64,000 nucleotides of DNA from an uncultured Acidobacteriota bacterium (lineage in GTDB: Bacteria; Acidobacteriota; UBA6911; RPQK01; JAPXNP01). A program made the translations under genes and the position numbers. Below are positions 1 to 8,713 of this stretch, piece by piece. How positions within the stretch are numbered: the first letter of the stretch is position 1; every line of letters starts with the position of its first letter. Under the pieces are notes generated by a model. The model did no database searches. It saw only the letters and a list, made by a program, of their open reading frames with translations, and had not been told where the DNA came from. Location of the stretch: positions 547,544 through 611,543 of the forward strand of contig CAVRSV010000012.1 of the NCBI GenBank assembly GCA_963723965.1. The letters are read 5' to 3'.

Positions 1-249
1 ACCGCCTTCGACGGGAATCATCCACAGTCGGTTTTCGGACTTCTCTTCCTTCAGATCAGTCGTGCCGACGGTGTAGGCCAGCCACTTGCCGTCAGGGCTG
101 ATCTGGGGATCCCCGACACGCTTGATCTGAAACAGGTCGTCCACGGTCAGGTTTCTCTTTTGCGATTCCGCCGGTTGCCCTTGCGCTGCGAAGGCGACCG
201 GGACCCACAGGGCAAGCAGAACAACGTGAAATGCTGCCAGGCGCTTCAT
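1..249 (-). CDS. Secreted S9-peptidase / TolB-like beta-propeller protein, N-terminal part (gene runs off the left edge)
   Basis: The reverse-complement of 1-249 translates from ATG at 249-247 as MKRLAAFHVVLLALWVPVAFAAQGQ...DPQISPDGKWLAYTV...LWMIPVEGG. This is a signal peptide followed by the SPDG(K/R)W propeller repeat typical of acylaminoacyl-peptidase / TolB-like proteins. There is no stop codon inside the window. Confidence 0.5.
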   Translation of the reverse strand, partial: MKRLAAFHVVLLALWVPVAFAAQGQPAESQKRNLTVDDLFQIKRVGDPQISPDGKWLAYTVGTTDLKEEKSENRLWMIPVEGG

Positions 250-598
250 GTCAAATCTCCCCACTGAATGATCTTCATTTGAATGTGCAATCCCGGCGGA
301 GCATACCATGGCCGCCCGGAGTTTTCCTGGGGGCGGTCGAGACTCATGGGGCCACGGGGTGGTTCGACGAAGGAGGCATCCCCGTCTTTGAAGCCGTCGC
401 CGGTGGGTCGCACAGCCTCTCCGCCGAGGGTCCGGCTCTCATCTACTCAGACTTCTGTCTGCACTGGACTTAGTGCACGAATTAAAGATAGGATCGATGA
501 TTGGGGGTCAGGATTTTCTTATGTTTTCTGTGCCATCTGAACCAATGACACGCTCCCGCCATCCAGAGAATTGAAGTGATCGATCGGAGGCTGCAACC

Positions 599-1111
599 AT
601 GAGACGGCAGTTCGTAATTCTGTTGTTTGCCGCCGTTCTTCTGACGGCTCAAGTCGTGGCCCTCGACCAGTCTGACGAGCCCCAATCGAAAAGCCCCAGC
701 GAGTCTCCGAAAGTCGAGACCCGTCTGCGGCTCGGGGGTCTCCATGTCGGCGTAGGCGTGCAACATTGGTCGGGCTATCCGTACCCTCTTTGGTACGGCG
801 CGTACGCCAGTCCCTGGTTCTTTGATCCCTTCTATGCCTATCCGGCTGCTTTTCCGGTCTATCGGGCCGGAGTCGACCGGGATCATTTTGGCCGGGTGAA
901 ACTGAAGAACCTGGCAGGCGATGCCCAAATCTTCATCGACGGCGGCCTGGCCGGGGTCGGCTCGGACCTCAAGTCCTTCTACCTCAGGCCGGGCGCCTAT
1001 TCTCTGTCCATTCAGAGGCCCGGATACGAATCCTTCACCAAGAAGCTCTATGTGCTATCCGGAAAGACCCTTGACATCGACGTCCCCGAAACAGGCGAGG
1101 TGAAGCCATGA
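599..1111 (+). CDS. Secreted protein with C-terminal PEGA-like domain
   Basis: The 170 aa ORF starts with a signal peptide (MRRQFVILLFAAVLLTAQVVA). The C-terminus (AGDAQIFIDGGLAGVGSDL...PGAYSLSIQRPGYESF...) resembles a PEGA domain. The stop overlaps the next gene's start (ATGA at 1108). Confidence 0.45.
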   Translation: MRRQFVILLFAAVLLTAQVVALDQSDEPQSKSPSESPKVETRLRLGGLHVGVGVQHWSGYPYPLWYGAYASPWFFDPFYAYPAAFPVYRAGVDRDHFGRVKLKNLAGDAQIFIDGGLAGVGSDLKSFYLRPGAYSLSIQRPGYESFTKKLYVLSGKTLDIDVPETGEVKP

Positions 1112-1812
1112 CCCGCAGACTTGGGCTCGAGAGGTTGCTCATCGTGGCACTGTTGGCCGGTCTTCCCGGCATCTGCTGGGGACAGAGCACAACCGCCGAT
1201 CCTCCGACGACGAACCCGGCCACGACGGCCGACTATGTGCTGACGGCCCGGCTCCTGAAACAGGCGGAAATCAGCCGTGATTTCGTGTCTGCCGTCAACC
1301 GTGGCCACCTGGTCGTCGAGGTCACCCTGGAGCCAACCGCCGGCGCCATCGAGGTTCGCCGGGACGACTTCCAACTCATGGTCTCCGGCGACAACAATCG
1401 GCTCGGTGCTGAGGAGCCCGCGACCGTCGCCGCCTACCTGCAGAAAACGGCCCCGGTCTATCGCGACGTCACCGTCACGCCGGAGGTTGGGGCAGTTTAT
1501 CGGACCGGGCGGCCCCAGCCCGATCCCACGTTCGATCCCAACTACCCGATCGACCGGGCATCGCGGCGTCTGACGGTTCGGACGGGTGCCGACATCCGGT
1601 TCGGAGACCAGACCGGCGGCCTGACCGATGAAGATCGCAAGGTCATGGAAACCGAACTGTCCGACAAGGGGTTGCCCGAGGGAAAGACGAACCGACAGGT
1701 CGTCGGGTACCTCTACTTCCGCGTCGACAACCCCGAGAAGATCACCCAGATCTCGCTCGACTATTCCCCCGCGGGAGGGACGGCGACCCAGATTCAACTT
1801 CGGGGAAAGTAG
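1108..1812 (+). CDS. Secreted hypothetical protein, co-transcribed with the PEGA protein
   Basis: The 234 aa ORF has a signal peptide ending in the lipobox-like motif LPGICWG. It has a 4-nt overlap with the upstream gene. No recognisable catalytic motif. Confidence 0.4.
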   Translation: MTRRLGLERLLIVALLAGLPGICWGQSTTADPPTTNPATTADYVLTARLLKQAEISRDFVSAVNRGHLVVEVTLEPTAGAIEVRRDDFQLMVSGDNNRLGAEEPATVAAYLQKTAPVYRDVTVTPEVGAVYRTGRPQPDPTFDPNYPIDRASRRLTVRTGADIRFGDQTGGLTDEDRKVMETELSDKGLPEGKTNRQVVGYLYFRVDNPEKITQISLDYSPAGGTATQIQLRGK

Positions 1813-1860
1813 AGCCGGAGGGAAGAGCCCGATCCCGCTCTGACACTCGGAACCCAAGAC

Positions 1861-1912
1861 TCCCGTCCTCCCGTTCTCCGCTCCTCCCGTTCTCCCGTTC
1901 TCTGGTGCATGC
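1861..1912. repeat. Polypyrimidine CTCCCGT(T/C)CTCC tandem motif array, convergent intergenic
   Basis: The sequence tcccgtcctcccgttctccgctcctcccgttctcccgttctctgg lies between two convergent genes. The same 20-mer (ctcccgtcctcccgttctcc) recurs in reverse orientation at about 55479-55506. Related copies occur at 9735-9775 and 9929-9955. Confidence 0.6.
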
Positions 1913-1931
1913 CGGTCCCCGCCTCGGGACA

Positions 1932-3416
1932 TTAGGCGACGATGCGGAACTTCGAGCGGTTCTCGCGGCAGATCTTTTCGATGACCTTCCGGCCCTGCAT
2001 GGCGGCCGGGGGCAGTCCTCCGCCCGGCTGGACCCATTGCCCGATCATGTGGAAGTGGGCCACCGAGGGAAGGGTCTGCCGCATCCTCACCCGAATCGAC
2101 CGGGTGGTCGGCAGCCATCCTTCGAACGATCCCAGCCAATTGCCGGTGTAGCGCTCGAAAGTCAGAGGAGTGGCCACATTCACCATTTCGACCTGTTCCG
2201 CGATCCCCGGGAAGCGACGGTCCAGAAAACCGATGAACTCTTCACCGACGGCCTTCTTCTCCGTCACGTAGCGCTCGGGGTCCTGCCCGATCTCCTTCCA
2301 GAGATCGTAGTCGCTCTGGAACATGCTGATCACGACCGACTTTCCCGCCGGGGACAGCGACGGGTCGTAGCAGAAGTGCCGCAGAAACACCCGGTCACCG
2401 TCGCCGCCCGGGATGGCGAGCGGCGGGTCCGCCCGGCAGATGACACTGTGGGGCTGGTCGCTCAGGTCCCGGGCGACGCCTACGGCGACATAGACCAGGG
2501 GCTGGAAGGGCTTCAAGGTGCGGTAGTGCTCGAGAACCTTGCCGTCCAGGTATTGCTCGCCCAACAGGTCGAAGAGGGTCGAGTGACCGTCCGCCGCGGA
2601 AATGACGTAGTCGGAGCGAAACTGCCTGCCGTCGGCCAGTTCGACCCCGATCGCTTTCCCTTCCTCGACGAGAATTCGCGCGACTCTGCTCTTGTACCGG
2701 ACCTCCCCTCCCAGGGACAGGTACTTCCTCTCGATCCGCCTGGCGAACTCCAGTGACCCTCCGAGCGGATACCCGGCAGCCCGGTTGTGCATCATGGCCA
2801 GCGTGTAATAGACCGCGAACATCGGGAAGTCGGGCAGGTCGAAGACGGCGGGGAAGTTCCGCCTCAGAAACGGTTCCTGGAAACGGGCGGCAAAATCCTG
2901 GATCGAAGTCCGCGTGGACGTCATGAAGGAAAGGATCAGTCGGGCCGTCGCCAGAGCCCGGGCCACACGCCCGGACAGCGAGGCGGTCTCATCGGCCAGT
3001 TGCTCGTCCATCCGGGCATAGGCCCGGACCCGGTTGGTGAATCTCCGGATCATCGACGCGTCCCTGGGACACAGCTCCAACAGGTGTTTTTCGAACCGGT
3101 CCACGTCCGTGTAGAAGACCAGCGTCTTCCCATCGGGATCTTCCACGCGGGTGAACTCGTCGTGATCGACCACAGGCACGCCCTCGATCGCACCCAGCTC
3201 CTTCCAATACCGGTGGAAGCTGTTCCGTGGGGAGGAGCCGCAGAGCCAGTGGATGCACCCGTCGACGGTGTAGCCGTTCCTCTCCCAGGAAGTGCAGAGC
3301 CCACCCGGTTTATCGTGGAGCTCGAAAACAGTGGTTTCGAAGCCGTTCATGCGGCCGTAGCAGGCAGCCGACAGACCGGCGATCCCCGCCCCGATGATCG
3401 CGATGCTCTTCGGCAT
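1932..3416 (-). CDS. FAD-dependent oxidoreductase of the phytoene desaturase (CrtI/CrtD-like) family
   Basis: The 494 aa ORF has the N-terminal Rossmann dinucleotide motif IAIIGAGIAGLSAA and a C-terminal GxWxxPGGG-type motif (IGQWVQPGGGLP) typical of CrtI-like amine-oxidase-fold enzymes. Confidence 0.7.
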   Translation of the reverse strand: MPKSIAIIGAGIAGLSAACYGRMNGFETTVFELHDKPGGLCTSWERNGYTVDGCIHWLCGSSPRNSFHRYWKELGAIEGVPVVDHDEFTRVEDPDGKTLVFYTDVDRFEKHLLELCPRDASMIRRFTNRVRAYARMDEQLADETASLSGRVARALATARLILSFMTSTRTSIQDFAARFQEPFLRRNFPAVFDLPDFPMFAVYYTLAMMHNRAAGYPLGGSLEFARRIERKYLSLGGEVRYKSRVARILVEEGKAIGVELADGRQFRSDYVISAADGHSTLFDLLGEQYLDGKVLEHYRTLKPFQPLVYVAVGVARDLSDQPHSVICRADPPLAIPGGDGDRVFLRHFCYDPSLSPAGKSVVISMFQSDYDLWKEIGQDPERYVTEKKAVGEEFIGFLDRRFPGIAEQVEMVNVATPLTFERYTGNWLGSFEGWLPTTRSIRVRMRQTLPSVAHFHMIGQWVQPGGGLPPAAMQGRKVIEKICRENRSKFRIVA

Positions 3417-3685
3417 AAACCCTCCCTTTGCAGGGGATCATAGCATTCCGGGAGGCCCCGCCTCATCAGTCCCAGGCCCTCCCTTGGCTGCGAAGTCCTA
3501 TCTGCGAGGACGTGTTGCAGCAACCTTCTCGAACTCCCCCGATGCTGCACAATATCTGTCGAGACTCGCTGAGCCGATCTCACGCCACGGCCGCTACGGT
3601 CTCCAAGAGCTCGGAACCCAGAGAAACCCGTTGCGTCCCTTGCGACCGCCCGTGAGACCCAGTCGCCGGAGGCGCCGCTTTGCGG

Positions 3686-3952
3686 TCAGTCAGCTCTTCC
3701 CTTACCAGCGTTGTGTCGAACCCAGGACGCGATCAGATGACCGAGCAGACCCATGAACGCAGCATAAACGAAAGTAGGGAGTAGCCAGCTCGTCAGGGTT
3801 TCGAGGAGAAACCACCAGTGGGTTCCCTCAGGACCGTGGAAGACGCCACTTGGGTTCTCCAGCCAATTCCACAGGGTCATGCCGATCGAGATCAGAGCGG
3901 ACACCAACACTCCAAACTTGAGGCCAAATCGGACGGACTTCATCGGGTTCAT
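3686..3952 (-). CDS. Small two-TM membrane protein (hypothetical)
   Basis: An internal ATG (MNPMKSVRFGLKFGVLVSALISIGMTLWNW...) gives an ~89 aa product with two hydrophobic helices. The start site is uncertain. Confidence 0.3.
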   Translation of the reverse strand: MNPMKSVRFGLKFGVLVSALISIGMTLWNWLENPSGVFHGPEGTHWWFLLETLTSWLLPTFVYAAFMGLLGHLIASWVRHNAGKGRAD

Positions 3953-4084
3953 GGCCAGACTATGATCGCACCCTTGTTCCGGGGATGAGAAGAGCTCGAG
4001 TGACGCCGAACGCTGGACGGTTTTCGCCGAGGTGTTCGATTCGGCGCGGCTCGGGCCCGCGTGGCTTAGCGATTCGCGGACAAG

Positions 4085-4171
4085 CGGGATCGGACTCTGC
4101 CCCACGACTGCCTGCACGTCCTGCCCGGCTCCGCCGGCTACGAGATGGACGCCGGCCTCTTCAAGAAATGA
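4085..4171 (+). pseudogene. Remnant (~35 codons) of a paralogue of the C-terminus of the beta-helix gene at 10173-11249
   Basis: In frame, 4085-4171 reads ...DRTLPHDCLHVLPGSAGYEMDAGLFKK*, against ...DQPLPHDYLQVLPGSAGYEMDAGLFKK* at 11163-11249. About 85% nucleotide identity continues for ~50 bp past the stop (to about 4215 versus about 11300). The frame is closed by a TAG ~35 codons upstream, so no intact gene exists here. Confidence 0.55.
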
Positions 4172-4241
4172 CCGTACCGTCCGCTCCCCGGCTCCGTGCC
4201 TGCCGTGGGGCGGGAATCCCGAATGAGTCGATTGGACTTGA

Positions 4242-4274
4242 AATTAGGAATAATCCTAATTAGGATAGTTCCTA
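4242..4274. promoter_or_regulatory. Two tandem TAGGA-N4-TCCTA inverted repeats (putative ArsR-family operator) overlapping the arsR-like start codon
   Basis: The sequence is aattaggaataatcctaattaggatagttcctATG. ArsR/SmtB repressors bind imperfect inverted repeats overlapping their own promoters. Confidence 0.5.
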
Positions 4275-4594
4275 TGAACTTGATCTTCAAAGCCCTGAGC
4301 CATCCGGCGCGGCGGCGGATCATCGCCATGCTGCAGAAGGGCCCACTCACTTCCGGTGAGATCGCGGCTGAGTTCGACATGGCGTGGCCTTCCGTCACCG
4401 GCCACCTGGCGGCGCTCAAAGAGGCGGACCTGGTCGAGACGGAGCGTCGCGGCAACACCGTACGCTATCGTCTCAACATCTCGGCCGCCGAGGAAGCAGT
4501 CGGCTTCCTGCTCGGCCTGATGCAGGCGGCAAGACCGGCGCGGCGGCCCGGCGAAACGCCTTCGAACAAACCCTTGAGGACTAAACCGGCATGA
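4274..4594 (+). CDS. ArsR/SmtB-family winged-helix transcriptional regulator (SdpR-like)
   Basis: The product is MNLIFKALSHPARRRIIAMLQKGPLTSGEIAAEFDMAWPSVTGHLAALKEADLV. This is the canonical ArsR HTH (ALSxPxRRxIL...GEIA...SQPxVSHHL-like). The ATG at 4274 was chosen over the upstream ORF start. Confidence 0.75.
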   Translation: MNLIFKALSHPARRRIIAMLQKGPLTSGEIAAEFDMAWPSVTGHLAALKEADLVETERRGNTVRYRLNISAAEEAVGFLLGLMQAARPARRPGETPSNKPLRTKPA

Positions 4595-5235
4595 CTGACA
4601 ACGAAAAGGGCGACTTCGATTTCCTGGAGAGAGCCGGCTTTGTACTGATGGCGCTCCAAATCGCCATTTTCGGCTACATGTGGGTGGCGGAAGGTCTCGA
4701 CCGAGCCTCGGACGGTTTTCCCATCTTTGTCGTGTGCACCGGAGTCTTCCTCGCGGGCCAGCGAAGGCTGGTCGTCAAGCCTCCCAATCGCGGTGCGGCG
4801 CGCTGGATCCTCGCCTCGCGCGCGGCGGTGCTGGCGTTCCTCACGCTCGGCACACTGGCAGTCGGTTTCCATCGCATCGTGCCCAGCACAGCCCCCGCGC
4901 CACAGTTTATACTCCGCGTCCTGTTCGCCCTGCTCTGGGTTGTCATCGCGCTCAAAGGGGCGGCCGTGGGCAAGCTGAAGCCGGGCAGCGCCATGGGCCT
5001 GTGCGTCTCCTGGACGAGACACAGCCGACTCGCCTGGGACCGGGCACATCGCACATTGGGGCGCATCTTGTTCTGGGGCGGGCTCATTGGATTGGCGACG
5101 AGTCTCATCGTCGCCCCGCTCACCTCGATGGCGATGTGGGCCGCCACCGTCGCCCTCGCCGTCGCGGCGGCGCTGATCGAAAGCTGGCGCACCTGGCGCG
5201 TCGATCCCGACCGTTCCAGCGGGCGCCCCGCTTGA
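4591..5235 (+). CDS. Six-TM membrane protein, SdpI/YhfL-like (partner of ArsR/SdpR-like regulator)
   Basis: The 214 aa ORF has six predicted hydrophobic helices. Its start overlaps the arsR-like stop (ATGA). The arrangement matches the SdpR-SdpI pair in Bacillus. Family assignment is by architecture only. Confidence 0.4.
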   Translation: MTDNEKGDFDFLERAGFVLMALQIAIFGYMWVAEGLDRASDGFPIFVVCTGVFLAGQRRLVVKPPNRGAARWILASRAAVLAFLTLGTLAVGFHRIVPSTAPAPQFILRVLFALLWVVIALKGAAVGKLKPGSAMGLCVSWTRHSRLAWDRAHRTLGRILFWGGLIGLATSLIVAPLTSMAMWAATVALAVAAALIESWRTWRVDPDRSSGRPA

Positions 5236-5395
5236 AGTCCAACGAAGGCACCCGTCCGAGCAAGACGGTCAGCAAATCGATGGGACCGAGAGAATCCAGA
5301 GGACGCCGTGGCGATCAACTGCGGGTGCCGCACGCGACCGGTGGGTGCATCGCCGTGCCGTGCGGCCGGTCCTTGTCGATTTCATCGACGGACCC

Positions 5396-6374
5396 TCAAT
5401 TCTTTCCACCACCGCTTCGGATAATGCTGTCGTCTTCGCTCGGCAGAACCCACATCTCCGAGAGGAGCCACTCCCCGGCATCGCGAACGATCACCCACGT
5501 CGCACGAGCATAGCGGACGGGCAGGCGTTGATCCTCGGTCTGCTCGACGGCTGCACCCGTCGCGGTGATGTTAATCAGGGCCACGCCCGGCGTGATCATC
5601 CGAATCTCGTCGATGATGAAGATAGCGCGATAGGGCCGGGGCTGTGAGAAGTAGGTGCGCCACCAGTTCCGGATGGCTTCTCGGCCGTGCACCAAAGGTA
5701 CATTGCGGATCATGATGTCCGCTTCATCTCTGTAGAGTCCACTGACGGCAGACGGATCGCGGCTGTTCCACGCATCTTCGTACGCCGCCACGAATGCACG
5801 GATCTGAGGGCTGAGGGCTTCTGCCGCTTCGACGGATGCGTTCAGGACGACACGGTCTTCCTCTGTGGGGAATCCCCGCATGGCCGTGATGAGCCAGTCA
5901 CCGCTGCGTCGTTGCAGCAACCAGGTCCCGCGAAACTTCCGCGCAGGCAACTCCTGACCTGTGGAATCGTGACCACCGGTGGTCGTTGCGACATTCACAA
6001 TCGCGACATTCCCGTCGATGAGCTTCACCGTACTCACGTCAAGCGTCAGCCCTCGGTCGGGCTCCTGCCTTTCGAAGTACTCCTTCCACCATTCCCGGAT
6101 CGCCTGTCGTCCGCGCGCCTCGGGCAGGTTCCCCATCATCGAAGTCCGCATCCTCGGTGAAGAATGCGGCAAGAGCCGACGAATCGTGCGTGTTCCATGC
6201 CGTCCGATATGCTTCGACACGTGCACGAATTCCCGCGGAGTCGTCGACCTCCTGCGCCCTTGCCGCCACAGGCAGCGCGGCAGCGAGCAGGATGGCGGCA
6301 AGGGTTCTCGCGGCTACCCCTGCCAGCCCTGCAACCGTGAGCGTCGAGAATGGGCCGTCGGGCTTTCCGTTCAT
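5396..6374 (-). CDS. Secreted protein with two tandem SnoaL-like/DUF4440 (NTF2-fold) domains, interrupted by a frameshift near 6140
   Basis: The ORF 6039..6407 supplies a signal peptide and the N-half of domain 1 (...AYRTAWNTHDSSALAAFFTEDADF). The ORF 5396..6301, in another frame, continues (MMGNLPEARGRQAIREWW...) and contains a second full repeat (AYEDAWNSRDPSAVSGLYRDEADIMIRNVPLVHGREAIRNWW). The frame switch maps to gacttcgatgatgggg (a G4 run). Confidence 0.55.
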
Positions 6375-6556
6375 TTTCTGGTGTCTCCTCCCGAGGTAAG
6401 GCGGCACTCATGAGAATCGAGAGCCCACGCTCGCATGGCGTCGACACCAAGGGTTCTCAGATGCGCCTGCCGCCTGGTCTTACTTCCAGTGACACGCCGC
6501 CGATGCCGCTTCAATTCTCTTCCGTCGTTTGGCTGGGTAATTCTTCACGAGCCGGT

Positions 6557-6679
6557 CAACCATTGCATCCCGTGGAGGCTGCACCCTGGAGATCAAGCGG
6601 TGCGGTGGAACAAGAGTGTCCGAGCTTTTCCGGGCACGGCGCGGGATTTTCTCTAGATTGTCGCGCCTATCTACGGGAA
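6557..6679. repeat. Copy L of a ~120 bp diverged repeat flanking the low-GC island
   Basis: Copy L is caaccattgcatcccgtggagg...ggagatcaagcggtgcgg...attttctct...tctacgggaa. Copy R1 (9384-9502) is caaccatcgcatcccgtgcc...ggagaattatagggtgcgg...aattctctgg...tctacgggaa. The two share a 19/20 head and an exact 10-mer tail, with about 65-70% identity overall. Confidence 0.55.
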
Positions 6680-6954
6680 CACGCAAGGGCCAGGATCCGT
6701 AACGAGGCGGTGGAGAGGCGAGTAGATGTGGATGCAGGGCGCACGACGAGAAAGCCCCCGGCAGGCGTACACCATCCGTGCTACGAGCAGCCCGGGCTGC
6801 ATGTTCGTCCGTGGCGAACCGAAAGCGGCAGCAAGGCGCCGCACTCCAGAGTGACTCCGTCGCAGACGATCCCGACGTCCTCGGCAAGGGAGAAAGGGAC
6901 ACTCTTCAGTGTGGAGGTTGGACCAAGCTTTCGAGGGTGACCGAGGACAGGACC

Positions 6955-7143
6955 TCATGAGGAAAACAGTGTCCCCAACTCTCCGTCTGCAGAAAGATCC
7001 TCTGCATGCTGCGCGGCCTCGCAGGCCGCACCCATCTGGACCAGATCGCCCTTAGCGTGTCTGACTAGCTCGTTGGCATCATCAAATCTTCTCTTGTACT
7101 CACCAATCTGTTTCTGGCGACTTGCGACGGTAGTCAGGCACAC
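6955..7143 (-). CDS. Small ORF (62 aa) at the left edge of the low-GC island; coding status doubtful
   Basis: It has the same orientation as the island genes and a charged, coiled-coil-like sequence. No motif was found. Confidence 0.15.
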   Translation of the reverse strand: MCLTTVASRQKQIGEYKRRFDDANELVRHAKGDLVQMGAACEAAQHAEDLSADGELGTLFSS

Positions 7144-7197
7144 TGCCCAGCGGGGCCTCGATGGTTTTGTTGAGGAGGGCTTGCGGTTCCCCTTGTG

Positions 7198-8713
7198 CTA
7201 GTGCCTGAACACAGGGAGCCTTCTCAAGTCCTTATAGGCGACACGATCAGTCTGTCTGTTGAACAGATCAACACTCCGTGCTGCCCGGATCCCTGTATAG
7301 AAACCGTAGTCGAGAATGAGTCCGAGGTACTTACGGCCCACGTCACCAATTGTGATCCCTTCGTTGATTACGTGCAGCAGGCGCAGATCTACGAGTGTAC
7401 GGACGCTCTCATATGTTGGATCTTCTGTCTTGATCTCAACGAGGAACGCGTTACCCCGATGCTGCTTGACGCAGAAATCCCTGATGCTTTCGATTAGGGC
7501 TTGTAGCGGATGGGCTCTTCCAGATGCATCGGCTTCAAGTTCGCGCAGCTTCGCGTTGATGGTCTCAGATGCCGCAACGTTCACATTCGAAACCGACACT
7601 CGCTTCCGGTTAGCAAGCGTTGCCTTGGTGATTGCCTGGGAGAACAAATTCAGCGCATCCCGCGGCACTCCAGCAGCAACCCACGTTAATCTTGGAACAA
7701 CGTCTGCACTCGTACAGAGTCGCCGAACAGAAGGGAGACCGCAGTAGATCGCATGCGAATCAAGAATGGCCTCGATGTGCTGGGTGGCCTTGTCTGGCAT
7801 CGTCAGGTTGTAGTCGAGGGGAAGGATCTGCGCATCGTGTGGTATTTCCAGCCCCTGCCTGGTGCTGGATCGAATGTTCTAGTCAATGTCTCAATAGCCG
7901 ACAGCTTGAGGAAGAGTCGGTTCCCCCGGGATACGGCGTATAGCACGTCCAGCAGACGAGGCTGCAGAGACTCCGCTATGACGTGGAAATCGTCAAGGAA
8001 GATGAACAGCTCTTGGCCCGTCGATGCGAAATGGGACAGCAGACGGCGCAAGGCGGGAAGTTCCCTGCGTATCAATCCCTCGGTCAGATCGGGTCTCGTC
8101 AGTGTCGCCAGCGACGATGTGAATGCGGTATTGCAGCCAAAGAAAGAAGAGACTTGTTTCACGATGTCGGAGAGCACGTCCGCGATGACCGCGTCATCGT
8201 CACGCCGCGCGTAGACCTGCATATGGATCCAGACAGACGGCCGCGACTCCCTGTTGCGCGTGTGGAGAGCATAGAGCAAGAGGGTTGACTTCCCTGCCCC
8301 CCGTCGTCCGAAGACCACATGGTTGGACGCGGCCGTCACTTGTTCCTCCGCGCCGGCTACAGACTGTGTGTAGCGCGTAAGAAAATCCTCTTGGAAGCTG
8401 TACCGGTTGATGTTGAGGCTTTCGGATATAGTCTTCAGCAAGAGCTTACCTTCGGGCCCCCGCAGGACGTTCTCTCCTGGCTTCTTGACAAGTGTAACGA
8501 GCGGGGGGTCACGATAGGCCCCCCCGACTGAGGCACGAACCTGTTCCAACAGAGAAAATAGTCGATCGCTCGGATTCGCGATTTGTAGGACCAGGACGTC
8601 GCTCCCTTCCCTTTCCTAATCTCATAGGGCAGGCCCGCGAGTCCCGATTTCCGCTCAAACCGCTTGCGGACTTCGTCAAGTACGGCGTGGTCTCTAGTCA
8701 TTGATGGTCTCAC
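7198..8713 (-). CDS. Orc1/Cdc6-type AAA+ P-loop ATPase (~500 aa), split into three ORFs by two frameshifts at G runs
   Basis: ORFs 8435..8713, 7803..8549 and 7198..7800 tile one gene. Its N-terminus is an ATG coupled by ATGA to the upstream HEPN-like gene. Motifs are Walker A VVFGRRGAGKSTLLLYAL, Walker B LFIFLDDFH and a sensor-2/arginine-finger-like AAGVPRDALNLF, followed by a helical C-terminal domain. Frame switches coincide with a 7-G run (minus-strand sense; 8519-8525) and with gcagggg at about 7840. The local GC is about 50% against about 67% for the window. Confidence 0.55.

Noticed and set aside
1048-2139. A 363 aa minus-strand ORF overlapping the two secreted-protein genes
   Set aside because: It overlaps both plus-strand genes, which have signal peptides and operon coupling. 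Its composition is Arg/Gly/Pro-rich junk.
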